Shown one piece after another: positions 51,148 to 60,309 of a stretch of 64,000 bases of DNA (positions within the stretch are counted from its first letter, which is position 1; each line of letters begins with the position of its first letter). Position numbers and translations under genes: made by a program. The notes beneath the pieces are model-generated. The model searched no databases. It had not been told where the DNA came from and saw only the letters and a program-made list of their open reading frames with translations. This DNA comes from Bacteroidota bacterium (GTDB lineage Bacteria > Bacteroidota > Ignavibacteria > Kapaibacteriales > UBA961): the NCBI GenBank assembly GCA_964204605.1, contig OZ123195.1:419357-483356 (forward strand), written 5' to 3'.

Positions 51148-51417
51148 ATTCCCCTCTGGAGGGGTGCCCATAGGGCGGGGTGGGAGAAAGAAACCACCCC
51201 GTCATGGCTTCGCATGCCACCCCTCTTGTAGAGGGGAATCTATTTCTTATTCCCCTCGTGTGAGGGGAGCCCCTTGGGCGGGGTGAGAAATACCCACACC
51301 CCGACAAATCTGAATTTGCCACCCCTCTTGTAGAGGGGAATCTATTTCTTATTCCCCTCGTGTGAGGGGAGCCCCTTGGGTGGGGTGAGAAAAAGAACAC
51401 ACCCCGACAATGGGAAT
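51148..51417. repeat. GC-rich array of alternating inverted REP-like two-hairpin elements (BIME-like)
   Basis: Consensus ATTCCCCTC-loop-GAGGGG-(T/A)G-stem-loop-(C/T)GGGGTG. Forward copies at 51148-51182, 51249-51285 and 51351-51387; reverse copies at 51195-51239 and 51297-51341; internally deleted reverse copy at 51400-51417. Segment 51215-51290 recurs at 51317-51392 with one mismatch. Confidence 0.9.
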
Positions 51418-51473
51418 TCAAATATAAAGAACTCTTAGCAGTACAATTTTGCATTCACTATGATTGCAAATAT

Positions 51474-52121
51474 TTATTTGAGTGATTGATGTAATGCGTC
51501 TAAAAATATATCTGGTTCTTGAGCACCAGAAAGAGCATATTTTTGATTAATGATAAAAAATGGGACGCCTCGAATACCAAGATGTTGAGCAATTTGAATA
51601 TCAGCATTTACTTCATCTATAGAGTCATTTCCTTTTAAAAAACTCTTTATCTGTTTTGAATCTAGACCAGCACTTTTTCCAAGACTTACCAATGTTTTAC
51701 TATCGCTGATATTTTTACCTAAAGTAAAATATGCATGAAATAAACATTGTGCCATTTCATTGCCTTTATTATTCTGTGTTGCAAAATGAATCAAACGATG
51801 TGCATCAAAAGAATTTGCCACTTTAGCTTTATCAAACCTAAAATCGATATTACAAGACTTTCCAGCTTCTACAACTTGTTGATGCATAGATTTAGACCAT
51901 TCTCTTGATTTTCCTTTCATTTGTGCAACAATATCATATGTATCTATATCTGGCTGATAAGATAGATCAGGATATAACTGAAAACTATGCCATTGGATAC
52001 TTACAGTATGTGGAAAATCCTGCAGAGCTTTTTCTAATTTCTTAATGCCTAAATAGCAAAAAGGACATATGATATCGCTCCATATGTCTATTGTTACACT
52101 TGTTGCCACTGAAAATTCCAA
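51474..52121 (-). CDS. DsbA family oxidoreductase (FrnE-like)
   Basis: WSDIICPFCYLG, FQL.P, NSFDAHRL, GIRGVPFF, SGAQ. Confidence 0.9.
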   Translation of the reverse strand: MEFSVATSVTIDIWSDIICPFCYLGIKKLEKALQDFPHTVSIQWHSFQLYPDLSYQPDIDTYDIVAQMKGKSREWSKSMHQQVVEAGKSCNIDFRFDKAKVANSFDAHRLIHFATQNNKGNEMAQCLFHAYFTLGKNISDSKTLVSLGKSAGLDSKQIKSFLKGNDSIDEVNADIQIAQHLGIRGVPFFIINQKYALSGAQEPDIFLDALHQSLK

Positions 52122-52183
52122 TATAAGAAGGGATACATAAATGAAGCGAACTTAGATGTATGATCAGCATGAATCAAGAAGAA

Positions 52184-53482
52184 TTACATTTCTCTCTTCA
52201 TTTTACGAAGTTTATTTTCTAATTCAATATATGAAACAATATCATGAGCATCTTGTGTCCGGCCAATTTTCGTATATGCTTTAATGAGCATACCGCATAA
52301 ACGATTTCTTAGCTCATATCGAATAGTTTTATCTTTGATTTGGATCCATGATTTTTGCTGGAATGGTCTTTCTAGAGTAGCAATTACTTTTTTGGGAGAA
52401 GTTCCAGTATCTGCTTCTGCAGTATGAATAACCAAAAGAACGCTATCAACATATTTTTGAGGTGTCTTGCTATTATTTGTTCCAACAATATATTGCACTT
52501 TTTTATCGATTTTCTCTTCAATGATTTTCAGATTAGCAGAATCAAAGTTAAAAACCTTAAGTCTAGCTTGAACATTTGGCATCATTCTATTCCAAGTTCT
52601 CCCTTTTGTTATTGAACTATACCCTTTACTTCTAACTTCATTAATAAGATATTGAGCACCTTCATAAGACAAATTTGTTGTCGACAATGCCAAAGCTGCT
52701 CTTAATCCAATCCCTCCAATCAGAGTATTTGTAAAGTCGAAAGACCTTAAAATCGTTTGTTTGATGAATTGTCCTTGATCGAATGATCTTTGTTTATCCC
52801 CAGCGGCAAAAGCCTTCCTTGATCGTATCACTCTTAAAGCATTGGAAGCATTATTAGAATAACCCATTAGTTCAATGATACCAATTGCTTGAGAAAACCC
52901 AAATTCAACATAATAATCAATAGGAGAGACTTCGGTGATGCGCTTTATTTCCTTTAGATATCGCTCTCGCCCCAGCGTTAAGCGAACATTACCAACTAAT
53001 TGTCCATTAGGATCGGTAAATTTAGCATCAGCATATGTGCTTCTAGGAACAGAAATGATTTCAATTGCACCCGAATCTAAAAAAAATCTAATAAGATGAT
53101 TTGCATCTGCTCTTGCAGTTTTTTCACCTAATCGTGAATCGATGCCAATAATCATAACATTAACAATGCGACCAGATGGTTTTGGGAAAAGATCAGGATC
53201 TAGGATTACGGATGAGTCTAAAGATTCTAGCGGTGAATTAACTGTATTTCTTAAAGAGTCATATAAGTGTTGATATGTAGCGTCTTGAATTCTAATTGCT
53301 TTCAATGAATCTTTTACCACAGAATCTCTTTTGTGCTTGATAAGCATTGTTTTTATTGAGTCTTCCCGATATACTTTTTCCTCAGGAGATTCTCCACAAG
53401 AAATCAGAAAAAGAAATACAATATAGCGATAGAATATCTTAGCAAAAAAAACTTTGCCCATATGTATTGTTTCTTTAATCAT
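52184..53482 (-). CDS. LytR-CpsA-Psr (LCP) family lipoprotein, paralog 1
   Basis: Lipobox-like FLISC; VMIIGIDSR, RADA, ISVPRST, LRVIRSR and GDKQR map onto the LCP motifs LLGxD, RSD, SIPRD, RxR and GDxxR. Confidence 0.7.
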   Translation of the reverse strand: MIKETIHMGKVFFAKIFYRYIVFLFLISCGESPEEKVYREDSIKTMLIKHKRDSVVKDSLKAIRIQDATYQHLYDSLRNTVNSPLESLDSSVILDPDLFPKPSGRIVNVMIIGIDSRLGEKTARADANHLIRFFLDSGAIEIISVPRSTYADAKFTDPNGQLVGNVRLTLGRERYLKEIKRITEVSPIDYYVEFGFSQAIGIIELMGYSNNASNALRVIRSRKAFAAGDKQRSFDQGQFIKQTILRSFDFTNTLIGGIGLRAALALSTTNLSYEGAQYLINEVRSKGYSSITKGRTWNRMMPNVQARLKVFNFDSANLKIIEEKIDKKVQYIVGTNNSKTPQKYVDSVLLVIHTAEADTGTSPKKVIATLERPFQQKSWIQIKDKTIRYELRNRLCGMLIKAYTKIGRTQDAHDIVSYIELENKLRKMKREM

Positions 53483-54726
53483 TTGATTGTATGTACTTTA
53501 TTATCTAATTCGATAAAATCAGTTATCTCTTTAGATTCATTAAACTTACCTGTCTTACTATAAGCTTGAATCAGCATATTACATATACTATTTCTAACGA
53601 TTAATCTTTCTGATTTATCTTTGATTTGTAACCAAGATTTTTGTTTATAAGGAAATGCCAAAGCATTAATTACGCGGATAGGGGATTTTGCAGTATCAGC
53701 ACTAACTTTTTTGACAAGATGTTTAATTCTTCTTTCATATCCAGCCGGAGTTTTCCTAGAACTATCCGCAATCATATATCTAACTTTCTTTTCTATTTGT
53801 TTCTCTATAGTATGTACATTAGATGAATCAAAATTGAAAAGCTTCATACTAGCCAGATAATTTGGTTTCATTCTCACCCAAATTCTTTGAGAACTTGCAG
53901 AAGAAAAACCATGTTTTTTTAACTCAGATAATAAATAGCTGGTTGCATCAAAAGAAAGATTTGTGGAAGCCAATGCTAAAGCAGTTCTAATTCCGATTTG
54001 ACCAAATATTCCATCTGTTTTATCACATACTTTTAAGATAGCTTGTCTGATAAATTGTCCTTGATTATACGATCTTTGATGATCTCCAGTAGCAAATGCT
54101 TTTCTAGACCTTAAAACCCTTAATGTTGAAGCTGAATTATCATTATAACCTAACAATTCAATAATACCCATAGCTTGAGAAAAACCAAATTCGATATAAT
54201 AATCAATAGATGAAATCCTTGCAATTCTTTTAACTTCTTTCATATATCGTTCTTGACCATAAATAGAACGAACATTGGCTATGATATTACCACCTGTTGT
54301 ATCACCTTTTCTTATCTTTGCAAATGTACCTCTGGGTATAGATATAATTTCTATCTGGCCAGAGTCTAGAAAAAATCTTACAATATGATTTGCATCTGCC
54401 CTTGCAGACTTTTGCCCAAGCCTAGAATCAATACCTGTTATAAGAATATTTACAACTCTTCCAGAAGGCATTGGAAATTGAGTTCTATGAAGCAAAACAG
54501 ATGAATCTAGAACTTGATTTTGCTGAGTAGTATCTATGATATGTATAATAGTATCTAATACTATTGGAAGAATTGAATCAATTTTTGGAACAACAATGCT
54601 TGTATCAATTGTGTCTGGAATGGTATCGATTTGTACTATCGGTGCTTTTTGATCTACTTTTTCTGTACACTGAAATAACAAAATACTTGCGCAAGCTATT
54701 ATCAAGCTTCTGAACATACTACCCAT
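53479..54726 (-). CDS. LCP family lipoprotein, paralog 2
   Basis: Signal ending LLFQC; ILITGIDSR, RADA, ISIPRGT, LRVLRSR, GDHQR; clearly homologous to the adjacent gene; ATGA overlap. Confidence 0.7.
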   Translation of the reverse strand: MGSMFRSLIIACASILLFQCTEKVDQKAPIVQIDTIPDTIDTSIVVPKIDSILPIVLDTIIHIIDTTQQNQVLDSSVLLHRTQFPMPSGRVVNILITGIDSRLGQKSARADANHIVRFFLDSGQIEIISIPRGTFAKIRKGDTTGGNIIANVRSIYGQERYMKEVKRIARISSIDYYIEFGFSQAMGIIELLGYNDNSASTLRVLRSRKAFATGDHQRSYNQGQFIRQAILKVCDKTDGIFGQIGIRTALALASTNLSFDATSYLLSELKKHGFSSASSQRIWVRMKPNYLASMKLFNFDSSNVHTIEKQIEKKVRYMIADSSRKTPAGYERRIKHLVKKVSADTAKSPIRVINALAFPYKQKSWLQIKDKSERLIVRNSICNMLIQAYSKTGKFNESKEITDFIELDNKVHTIK

Positions 54727-55008
54727 TGATTAACCCTGGAATATACTATTATCGCTACACTTATTCTTTTTTAAATCGTATTGTCAACCTAAATTCAATC
54801 AAACATCTACATAAAAAGGGAGCTAATGATACTAAACTACATCGAAGAACAACAATTACTCATATCAAGAAATAATAATAAGCCATAGTAAAATAATGAA
54901 AAATGATAATATTATGATTAAGTAAATATATTAAAGATTAAAAGTGAATCTATATATTCTTTATCAAAGTAGTAAATTGTTATAATATTCAAAAGTCACT
55001 ACTATAAC

Positions 55009-56211
55009 ATGAATCTCACAATATCTCAATTATTACAGTGTGCCGAACAATTTGGTACTCCTTTATATGTATATAATGCTGATAATATATCATATCAGTA
55101 TAATATACTCCAACATGCATTTGCATCACATCCTACACGATTTTTTTATGCATGTAAAGCATTAACAAATATATCTATATTGAAATATGTCTATCAATTA
55201 GGTGCTTCATTGGATTGTGTTAGTATCAATGAAGTTAAACTTGGGCTTTATGCTGGCTATGATCCCAAGCGAATTCTATTTACACCTAATTGCGTTGAGT
55301 TTTCAGAAATTCAAGAAGCTAAAGAATTGGGTGTCTTAATTAATATAGATTCCATTTCTGTATTAGAATTATTCGGCAATACTTATGGAGATACATATCC
55401 AGTGTGTATTAGGATAAATCCTCATATAGAAGCTGGTGGTAATTATAAAATATCTACAGGGCATATAGACAGTAAATTTGGCATATCTATACATCAAATT
55501 AGACATATCGAAAGAATTGTCAAGACAACAGGTTTGCATGTGCATGGTCTTCATATGCATACTGGTAGTGAAATTAAAGATATCGATGTTTTCCTTCAAG
55601 CATTAGATGTACTGTTTGATATGGCCAATAGATTTACTGCATTGGATTTTTTAGATCTTGGAAGCGGATTTAAAGTGCCATATAAAGCAGGAGATACCGG
55701 AACCGATATTCATAAATTAGGTGAAAAAGTAGCCCTAGCTTTTAAGACTTTTGAACAAGAGTATGGACGTCCTTTAGAAGCTTGGTTCGAACCTGGTAAA
55801 TTTCTGGTAAGTAATGCTGGATATTTATTAGTAAACACGAATATCATAAAACAAACCACAGCTACCGTTTTTGCTGGGATTAATTCGGGTTTTAATCATT
55901 TAATAAGACCTATGTTTTATGATGCTTATCACGAAATTCTTAATGTTTCACATCCCGATGGACCCGAGCGTATCTATACAGTAGTAGGAAATATTTGTGA
56001 AACTGACACTTTTGCTTGGGATAGAGTAATACCTGAGATAAAAGAAGGTGATATTCTTTGCTTTAAGAATGCTGGGGCCTATGGTTTTGAAATGAGTAGT
56101 AATTTTAATTCTCGTTTAAAACCTGCCGAAGTACTTGTACAAAATGGGATTCCTAGAATTATACGAAAAAGACAAACTTTCGAAGATCTTTTGCATAATC
56201 AAGTTGAATAG
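55009..56211 (+). CDS. lysA: Diaminopimelate decarboxylase
   Basis: FGTPLYVY, YACKAL (PLP lysine), SKFG, HMHTGS, EPGKFLV, GNICETD, AGAYG..MSSNFN. Confidence 0.94.
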   Translation: MNLTISQLLQCAEQFGTPLYVYNADNISYQYNILQHAFASHPTRFFYACKALTNISILKYVYQLGASLDCVSINEVKLGLYAGYDPKRILFTPNCVEFSEIQEAKELGVLINIDSISVLELFGNTYGDTYPVCIRINPHIEAGGNYKISTGHIDSKFGISIHQIRHIERIVKTTGLHVHGLHMHTGSEIKDIDVFLQALDVLFDMANRFTALDFLDLGSGFKVPYKAGDTGTDIHKLGEKVALAFKTFEQEYGRPLEAWFEPGKFLVSNAGYLLVNTNIIKQTTATVFAGINSGFNHLIRPMFYDAYHEILNVSHPDGPERIYTVVGNICETDTFAWDRVIPEIKEGDILCFKNAGAYGFEMSSNFNSRLKPAEVLVQNGIPRIIRKRQTFEDLLHNQVE

Positions 56212-56247
56212 AGAACATTGACTTTTACCAATTATAAAGAGCTTAAT

Positions 56248-57153
56248 ATGAGATTAAGAGCAGTTATTTATATGTTTATGTGTACTATGATTAGTATCAT
56301 TAACTGTTATGGCCAAGAACCTGCTAAGCAGAACTTAGGAGATCTGCAAAAAGCCGATAGTACTTGGTATATGATTGTGCTAAAAGATGGAACTTCGCTC
56401 ACTGCGAATATTCTTATGCAAGATCAAAAAACAATGATTGTTTCTACGCAATCACTGCCCAGGCTTGAATTAGCACAAGATCAAATAGTATCAGTAAACA
56501 AAATACAATCTGTAAATATTAAAAGTGGGGAATACCGTTTTCCTAATCCAAATGAAACCCGATATTTATTTGCACCATCAGCGATAAATCTTAAAAAAGG
56601 GGAAGGATATTATCAAAATACATATCTACTCCTTCATTCTTTTAATTATGGAATTACAGATAACTTTTCAATTGGTGGTGGTTTTGAATTTTTAACCACA
56701 CTTGGTGTGATAGGAGATACTTATTTTAATCCTATTTGCTTTCTAACACCAAAACTAGGTTTTCAGGTGCAAGAAAAATTATATCTAGGTGTTGGTATGT
56801 TGATAGGAAATATACCTGGTATGACATATCCATTAATAATGGGATATGGTCTTGCGACTTATGGAGATACAGAAGATAATATGACATTAGGTGTTGGGAT
56901 GGGCACATCGGAATTTACTACGCCTAAATCACCTGTATTTACTCTAAGTGGCATGACAAGGATATCAAAAAGGATGTCTTTAATTACAGAAAACTGGATT
57001 TTACCATTGGATATCTATCAACCAATCTTTTCATATGGAATTAGATTTTCAGGAGAACAAATGTCTGCAGATTTTGCTTTAATTAATAATGCAGAGTTTG
57101 CTGAAGGATTCTTTTTAGGTATTCCATATGTAGACTTTGTAGTTAAATTTTAG
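56248..57153 (+). CDS. Hypothetical outer-membrane beta-barrel protein
   Basis: Signal peptide CYG-Q; LKDG motif; PN.TRY.FAPSA..LKKGEGYY; amphipathic strands; C-terminal Phe. Confidence 0.6.
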   Translation: MRLRAVIYMFMCTMISIINCYGQEPAKQNLGDLQKADSTWYMIVLKDGTSLTANILMQDQKTMIVSTQSLPRLELAQDQIVSVNKIQSVNIKSGEYRFPNPNETRYLFAPSAINLKKGEGYYQNTYLLLHSFNYGITDNFSIGGGFEFLTTLGVIGDTYFNPICFLTPKLGFQVQEKLYLGVGMLIGNIPGMTYPLIMGYGLATYGDTEDNMTLGVGMGTSEFTTPKSPVFTLSGMTRISKRMSLITENWILPLDIYQPIFSYGIRFSGEQMSADFALINNAEFAEGFFLGIPYVDFVVKF

Positions 57154-57155
57154 TG

Positions 57156-58406
57156 TTATTTCGGCCTATATCCAATTGTTTCAGAATATGTTCCAATAGA
57201 TTGCCAAGATGATTTACCCGCTTGGCTTCTTATACCTAGCATATCAAAACTTGCATATTTCCTATCGCCATTTTCATCTAATATTGTCCAACCAGTTGCA
57301 CCATAATATAATTCTGCTTGTTTCATGATGGCTTGTCTAAAGAATTCTTTACTCATATCCTTGGAATCAGATCCCATAATAGATAGTGCTGTAATCATAA
57401 TTGCATCATATACTCCTAAAGCATAGGCATCTGGTGTATTGCCTGTTTTATTTTGAATAGCTAAGATTATTGGATCAGCTTTTGTAAAAGCTTCTCCAAT
57501 CCCAAATGCTGGACATGGATATCCCACTTTTTCAAAGAACTTGGGTTGAGATAATAATGCTTGTGACCCAACTGTTCCATCTCCACCATACCAACTTATC
57601 GATGATAGCAAGGTGTCATTACTCGTAATGTAAGATGCTATGTCGACTACTTCATCAAATCCTGGATTATAGATTGCTATAGCATTAATACCATATTGTT
57701 TAATTGCGTTTACACAGGTTTCTTTTAAAGTTGCAAGTACTTTTGAATAATCACTAATTCCAGGTTCATAGGAGATATCATTTAAAACAATTCCTCCATT
57801 TTTGGCAAATGCAGTTTTTGCTGATACGCTAAGACCTTTATTTCCAATATCATTTCTCCAAAATGGAATCATTACTGTCTTTGCTTCATATCTCATCATA
57901 GATGCTATTGCAGGGCCTTCTTTAGTGTCATTAGGACATATCCTTAAAATATAGTCATTTGGAATTGCCAAAGAACCTGCGGTGCTGGATGGACTAATTA
58001 ATAATATTCGGGCACTATCGGCATAGGATTTTAAGACAGATAATTCTGCACTTGATTGAGGGCCAATCAGAATGTGAATCTTCTTGCTATTAGCTTCTTT
58101 AAGTGATGCTAAGGCTAGGTCAGGAATTAATTTTGTGTCAAAATTACTAAATGAAAATCGAGTTGTTAATCCTCTTTCAGCTGCAATCGCATTTGCTTGA
58201 TTAATTGCAATATCAGCAGCTGCAATGGCATCTTTACCTAAAGTATTCCAATTGCCAGTAAGTGAGAATAATCCTCCAATCACAATCAAGGAATCTGAAT
58301 TATCATCATTATGTACTTCGCTTTGATTTTCTTTACATGATGAGAAGAAGACACTAGAAATAATAAATAGCGTAATAAAAGAATGTTTCATAGGAATAAA
58401 TATCAT
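57156..58406 (-). CDS. Type I periplasmic binding lipoprotein (LivJ/branched-chain amino-acid-binding family)
   Basis: Lipobox FFSSC; IGGLFSLTG, LIGPQSS, ISPSSTA, YDA, YYGATG...LDENGDR. Confidence 0.85.
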   Translation of the reverse strand: MIFIPMKHSFITLFIISSVFFSSCKENQSEVHNDDNSDSLIVIGGLFSLTGNWNTLGKDAIAAADIAINQANAIAAERGLTTRFSFSNFDTKLIPDLALASLKEANSKKIHILIGPQSSAELSVLKSYADSARILLISPSSTAGSLAIPNDYILRICPNDTKEGPAIASMMRYEAKTVMIPFWRNDIGNKGLSVSAKTAFAKNGGIVLNDISYEPGISDYSKVLATLKETCVNAIKQYGINAIAIYNPGFDEVVDIASYITSNDTLLSSISWYGGDGTVGSQALLSQPKFFEKVGYPCPAFGIGEAFTKADPIILAIQNKTGNTPDAYALGVYDAIMITALSIMGSDSKDMSKEFFRQAIMKQAELYYGATGWTILDENGDRKYASFDMLGIRSQAGKSSWQSIGTYSETIGYRPK

Positions 58407-58434
58407 TTTTTAAGTCAGAAAAAAAATACAACAA

Positions 58435-58770
58435 TCACAGTTTCAAATATAGCAATACTATTGATGTTAAAGTCATTATCATTAATGCTATAAATCCTGC
58501 AATATTAATGAAGGTAGTATTGGTAAATTCACCCATAATACTTTTATTGTTTGAAATGTATAGTATTATAGCAATTAATAGAGTGCAGTATAACCATATA
58601 AAATAGCAGTATAAATGAGGGCTTGTATCGAACTAATTCCTAAATAATGCTATGATAAAATACATGATAAGACCAGAAAATCCCTTTCCAAAATCGACAT
58701 CGCCATTTATTTCTGAAATTGTTTTATGCTGGGATATTTTATGTTCATCATAGATTGTAATCTTGAAATT
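58435..58770 (-). pseudogene. Degraded remnant of an Nramp-family divalent metal transporter
   Basis: Three minus-strand fragments in different frames: ...DVDFGKGFSGLIMYFIIA, then YLGISSIQALIYTAILYGYTA, then after a 1-nt deletion LIAIILYISNNKSIMGEFTNTTFINIAGFIALMIMTLTSIVLLYLKL-stop. These resemble the mid and C-terminal TMs of Nramp-like transporters. The 5' boundary is approximate. Confidence 0.7.
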
Positions 58771-58789
58771 AGAGGAAAAATCATATTCA

Positions 58790-60205
58790 TTAATGATTAA
58801 TAATAAATGGGATGCTTTTATTCTGTATAATAATAAAGTACAATCCAGAATGTAAATCCGAACAGTTAACAAAATTAGTTGAATGAGTTTCTTTCACATA
58901 TTGATTGCTATTATAATCAAGTATCGTAATCTTATTATTTATTATAGGTATTGAATTATGAATAGTAAATCCTTTATCACATGGATTTGGAAATATATCG
59001 GCTTGATTTTCTTTAAAATCCGTGCTAGAAATAATATCCTTGCCTTCTAAACTACCCATACTTTGATTGGTAAATCTTGGCGCTACTTTGCATAGATGTT
59101 CATATTGAAAAAGTGGTTGTAATGAAATTTCTTTTTTTATTCCATTTTGATAATATGAAGCAATTCCTGGTAACACTGCATTCATTAAAGCAGGAGAATT
59201 TTTAGATAAGGTGAAATCATAAATAGCAGGATTATTAAACTGTACATCTTGAATCGGAATAATTCTTGTATTATGAGAAGTATCGAAGATTGAAGCTTTT
59301 CCAAAAAGCATTGTACCATTTCCAGCAAAAATATTATTTACCAATGTCAATAATCTAGTATTTGTATCGATTCTAAAGAAAGTACCTGCTGATCTTTCAT
59401 TAACAAAAGTATTTGAAGCTATGTATAAGCTATTATCCAGAGAATCTCTCAAACCCTCTAAACCATAGCCAATAGTATTCCCATTTTCTGCATTGGCACT
59501 ATGCTGCAAAGTATTCCCAATGATAAAAGAAGTGCCTCCATTTGGTAAGTCAATATTTCTAGATCCAGTTCCTTTTTCTTGAGAAATATTATTATAAGCA
59601 ATCATATTAAATGCAGCTCTGGATTTTACTTCATGTCCAACTTTTGTACCATGAGCATAATTAAATTGATAATAAAAAGCTTTGATATGGCCTATATAGA
59701 TTCCATGCGATAAACCATCACCAGCACCACTGTTTTCAAATTCACATTGTTCTATTATGACAGTACTATTTGGATTTGCACCACATAAAATTCCATCTTG
59801 ATTATTTCTAAAAGCACAAGATCGCACAAGAATATTTGTACCTTCAATTCTAATTCCTGCGCCATTTCTATCAATTACAGCGCAATCCCAAAAATCGATA
59901 CCTTCAACAATACAATCATCACCTTTTATAACCCAAATAGCCTTTTGCTCTGCAGCTTTGCCATTAGCTTTTAATATAGTTCCTGATTCACCTTTAAAAT
60001 AGAGTCCTTTAGCATACCATGAACATACATCGCCGATATATTCTGCTTTATCAATAGAAAGAGTATCAAAATCTTTAACCAATAAAGCAATGTCACTTGG
60101 CTTTTTATATTGTCTATTTGGCCCAATATTCCATTCAGTAGCGAATATTGAAAACGAATACATAATACCTATTATAATAAAAAAAAGAGAGTAAACATTT
60201 TTCAT
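58790..60205 (-). CDS. Right-handed beta-helix (pectin lyase-like) protein with a T9SS CTD
   Basis: Signal peptide; KAIWVI.G, V.DRNGAGIR.EG, NQDGIL, H.IYIG, GHEVKSRA, IDLPNGG; CTD IFPNP...LHSGLYFI. Start MKNVYS at 60205. Confidence 0.82.
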   Translation of the reverse strand: MKNVYSLFFIIIGIMYSFSIFATEWNIGPNRQYKKPSDIALLVKDFDTLSIDKAEYIGDVCSWYAKGLYFKGESGTILKANGKAAEQKAIWVIKGDDCIVEGIDFWDCAVIDRNGAGIRIEGTNILVRSCAFRNNQDGILCGANPNSTVIIEQCEFENSGAGDGLSHGIYIGHIKAFYYQFNYAHGTKVGHEVKSRAAFNMIAYNNISQEKGTGSRNIDLPNGGTSFIIGNTLQHSANAENGNTIGYGLEGLRDSLDNSLYIASNTFVNERSAGTFFRIDTNTRLLTLVNNIFAGNGTMLFGKASIFDTSHNTRIIPIQDVQFNNPAIYDFTLSKNSPALMNAVLPGIASYYQNGIKKEISLQPLFQYEHLCKVAPRFTNQSMGSLEGKDIISSTDFKENQADIFPNPCDKGFTIHNSIPIINNKITILDYNSNQYVKETHSTNFVNCSDLHSGLYFIIIQNKSIPFIINH

Positions 60206-60309
60206 ACTATACCTTAAGGGAAAGCTAATTGATTGATAATTATGGGCACATCTAAAGTAACTTAACATATTATTTCAGCAAAGGAAATTAAATAAAGCAC
60301 TGGTTTTTA

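Noticed and set aside
51148-51417. CRISPR array interpretation of the repeats
   Set aside because: Units alternate in orientation, the intervening sequences are short and partly duplicated rather than unique 30-40 nt spacers, and no cas genes are present.
51062-51454. 130-aa minus-strand ORF with a repeated peptide (PRGSPHTRGIRNRFPSTRGVA)
   Set aside because: It is the translation of the palindromic array; the 102-bp period is a multiple of 3 and GC-rich sequence has few stops. It also overlaps the FISUMP gene end.
49289-52121. Integrated prophage or genomic island at tRNA-Ser(GCT)
   Set aside because: I found no integrase, transposase, phage gene or duplicated att site.
54727-55008. Lysine riboswitch or leader peptide upstream of lysA (short ORF MILNYIEEQQLLISRNNNKP near 54825-54887)
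   Set aside because: The region is very AT-rich with no multi-stem structure, the peptide is not Lys-rich, and the GGGAG lies too close to the ATG.
58633-58872. 79-aa minus-strand ORF as a functional gene
   Set aside because: Its 5' part overlaps the beta-helix gene in another frame, and its 3' part is a fragment of the Nramp pseudogene.
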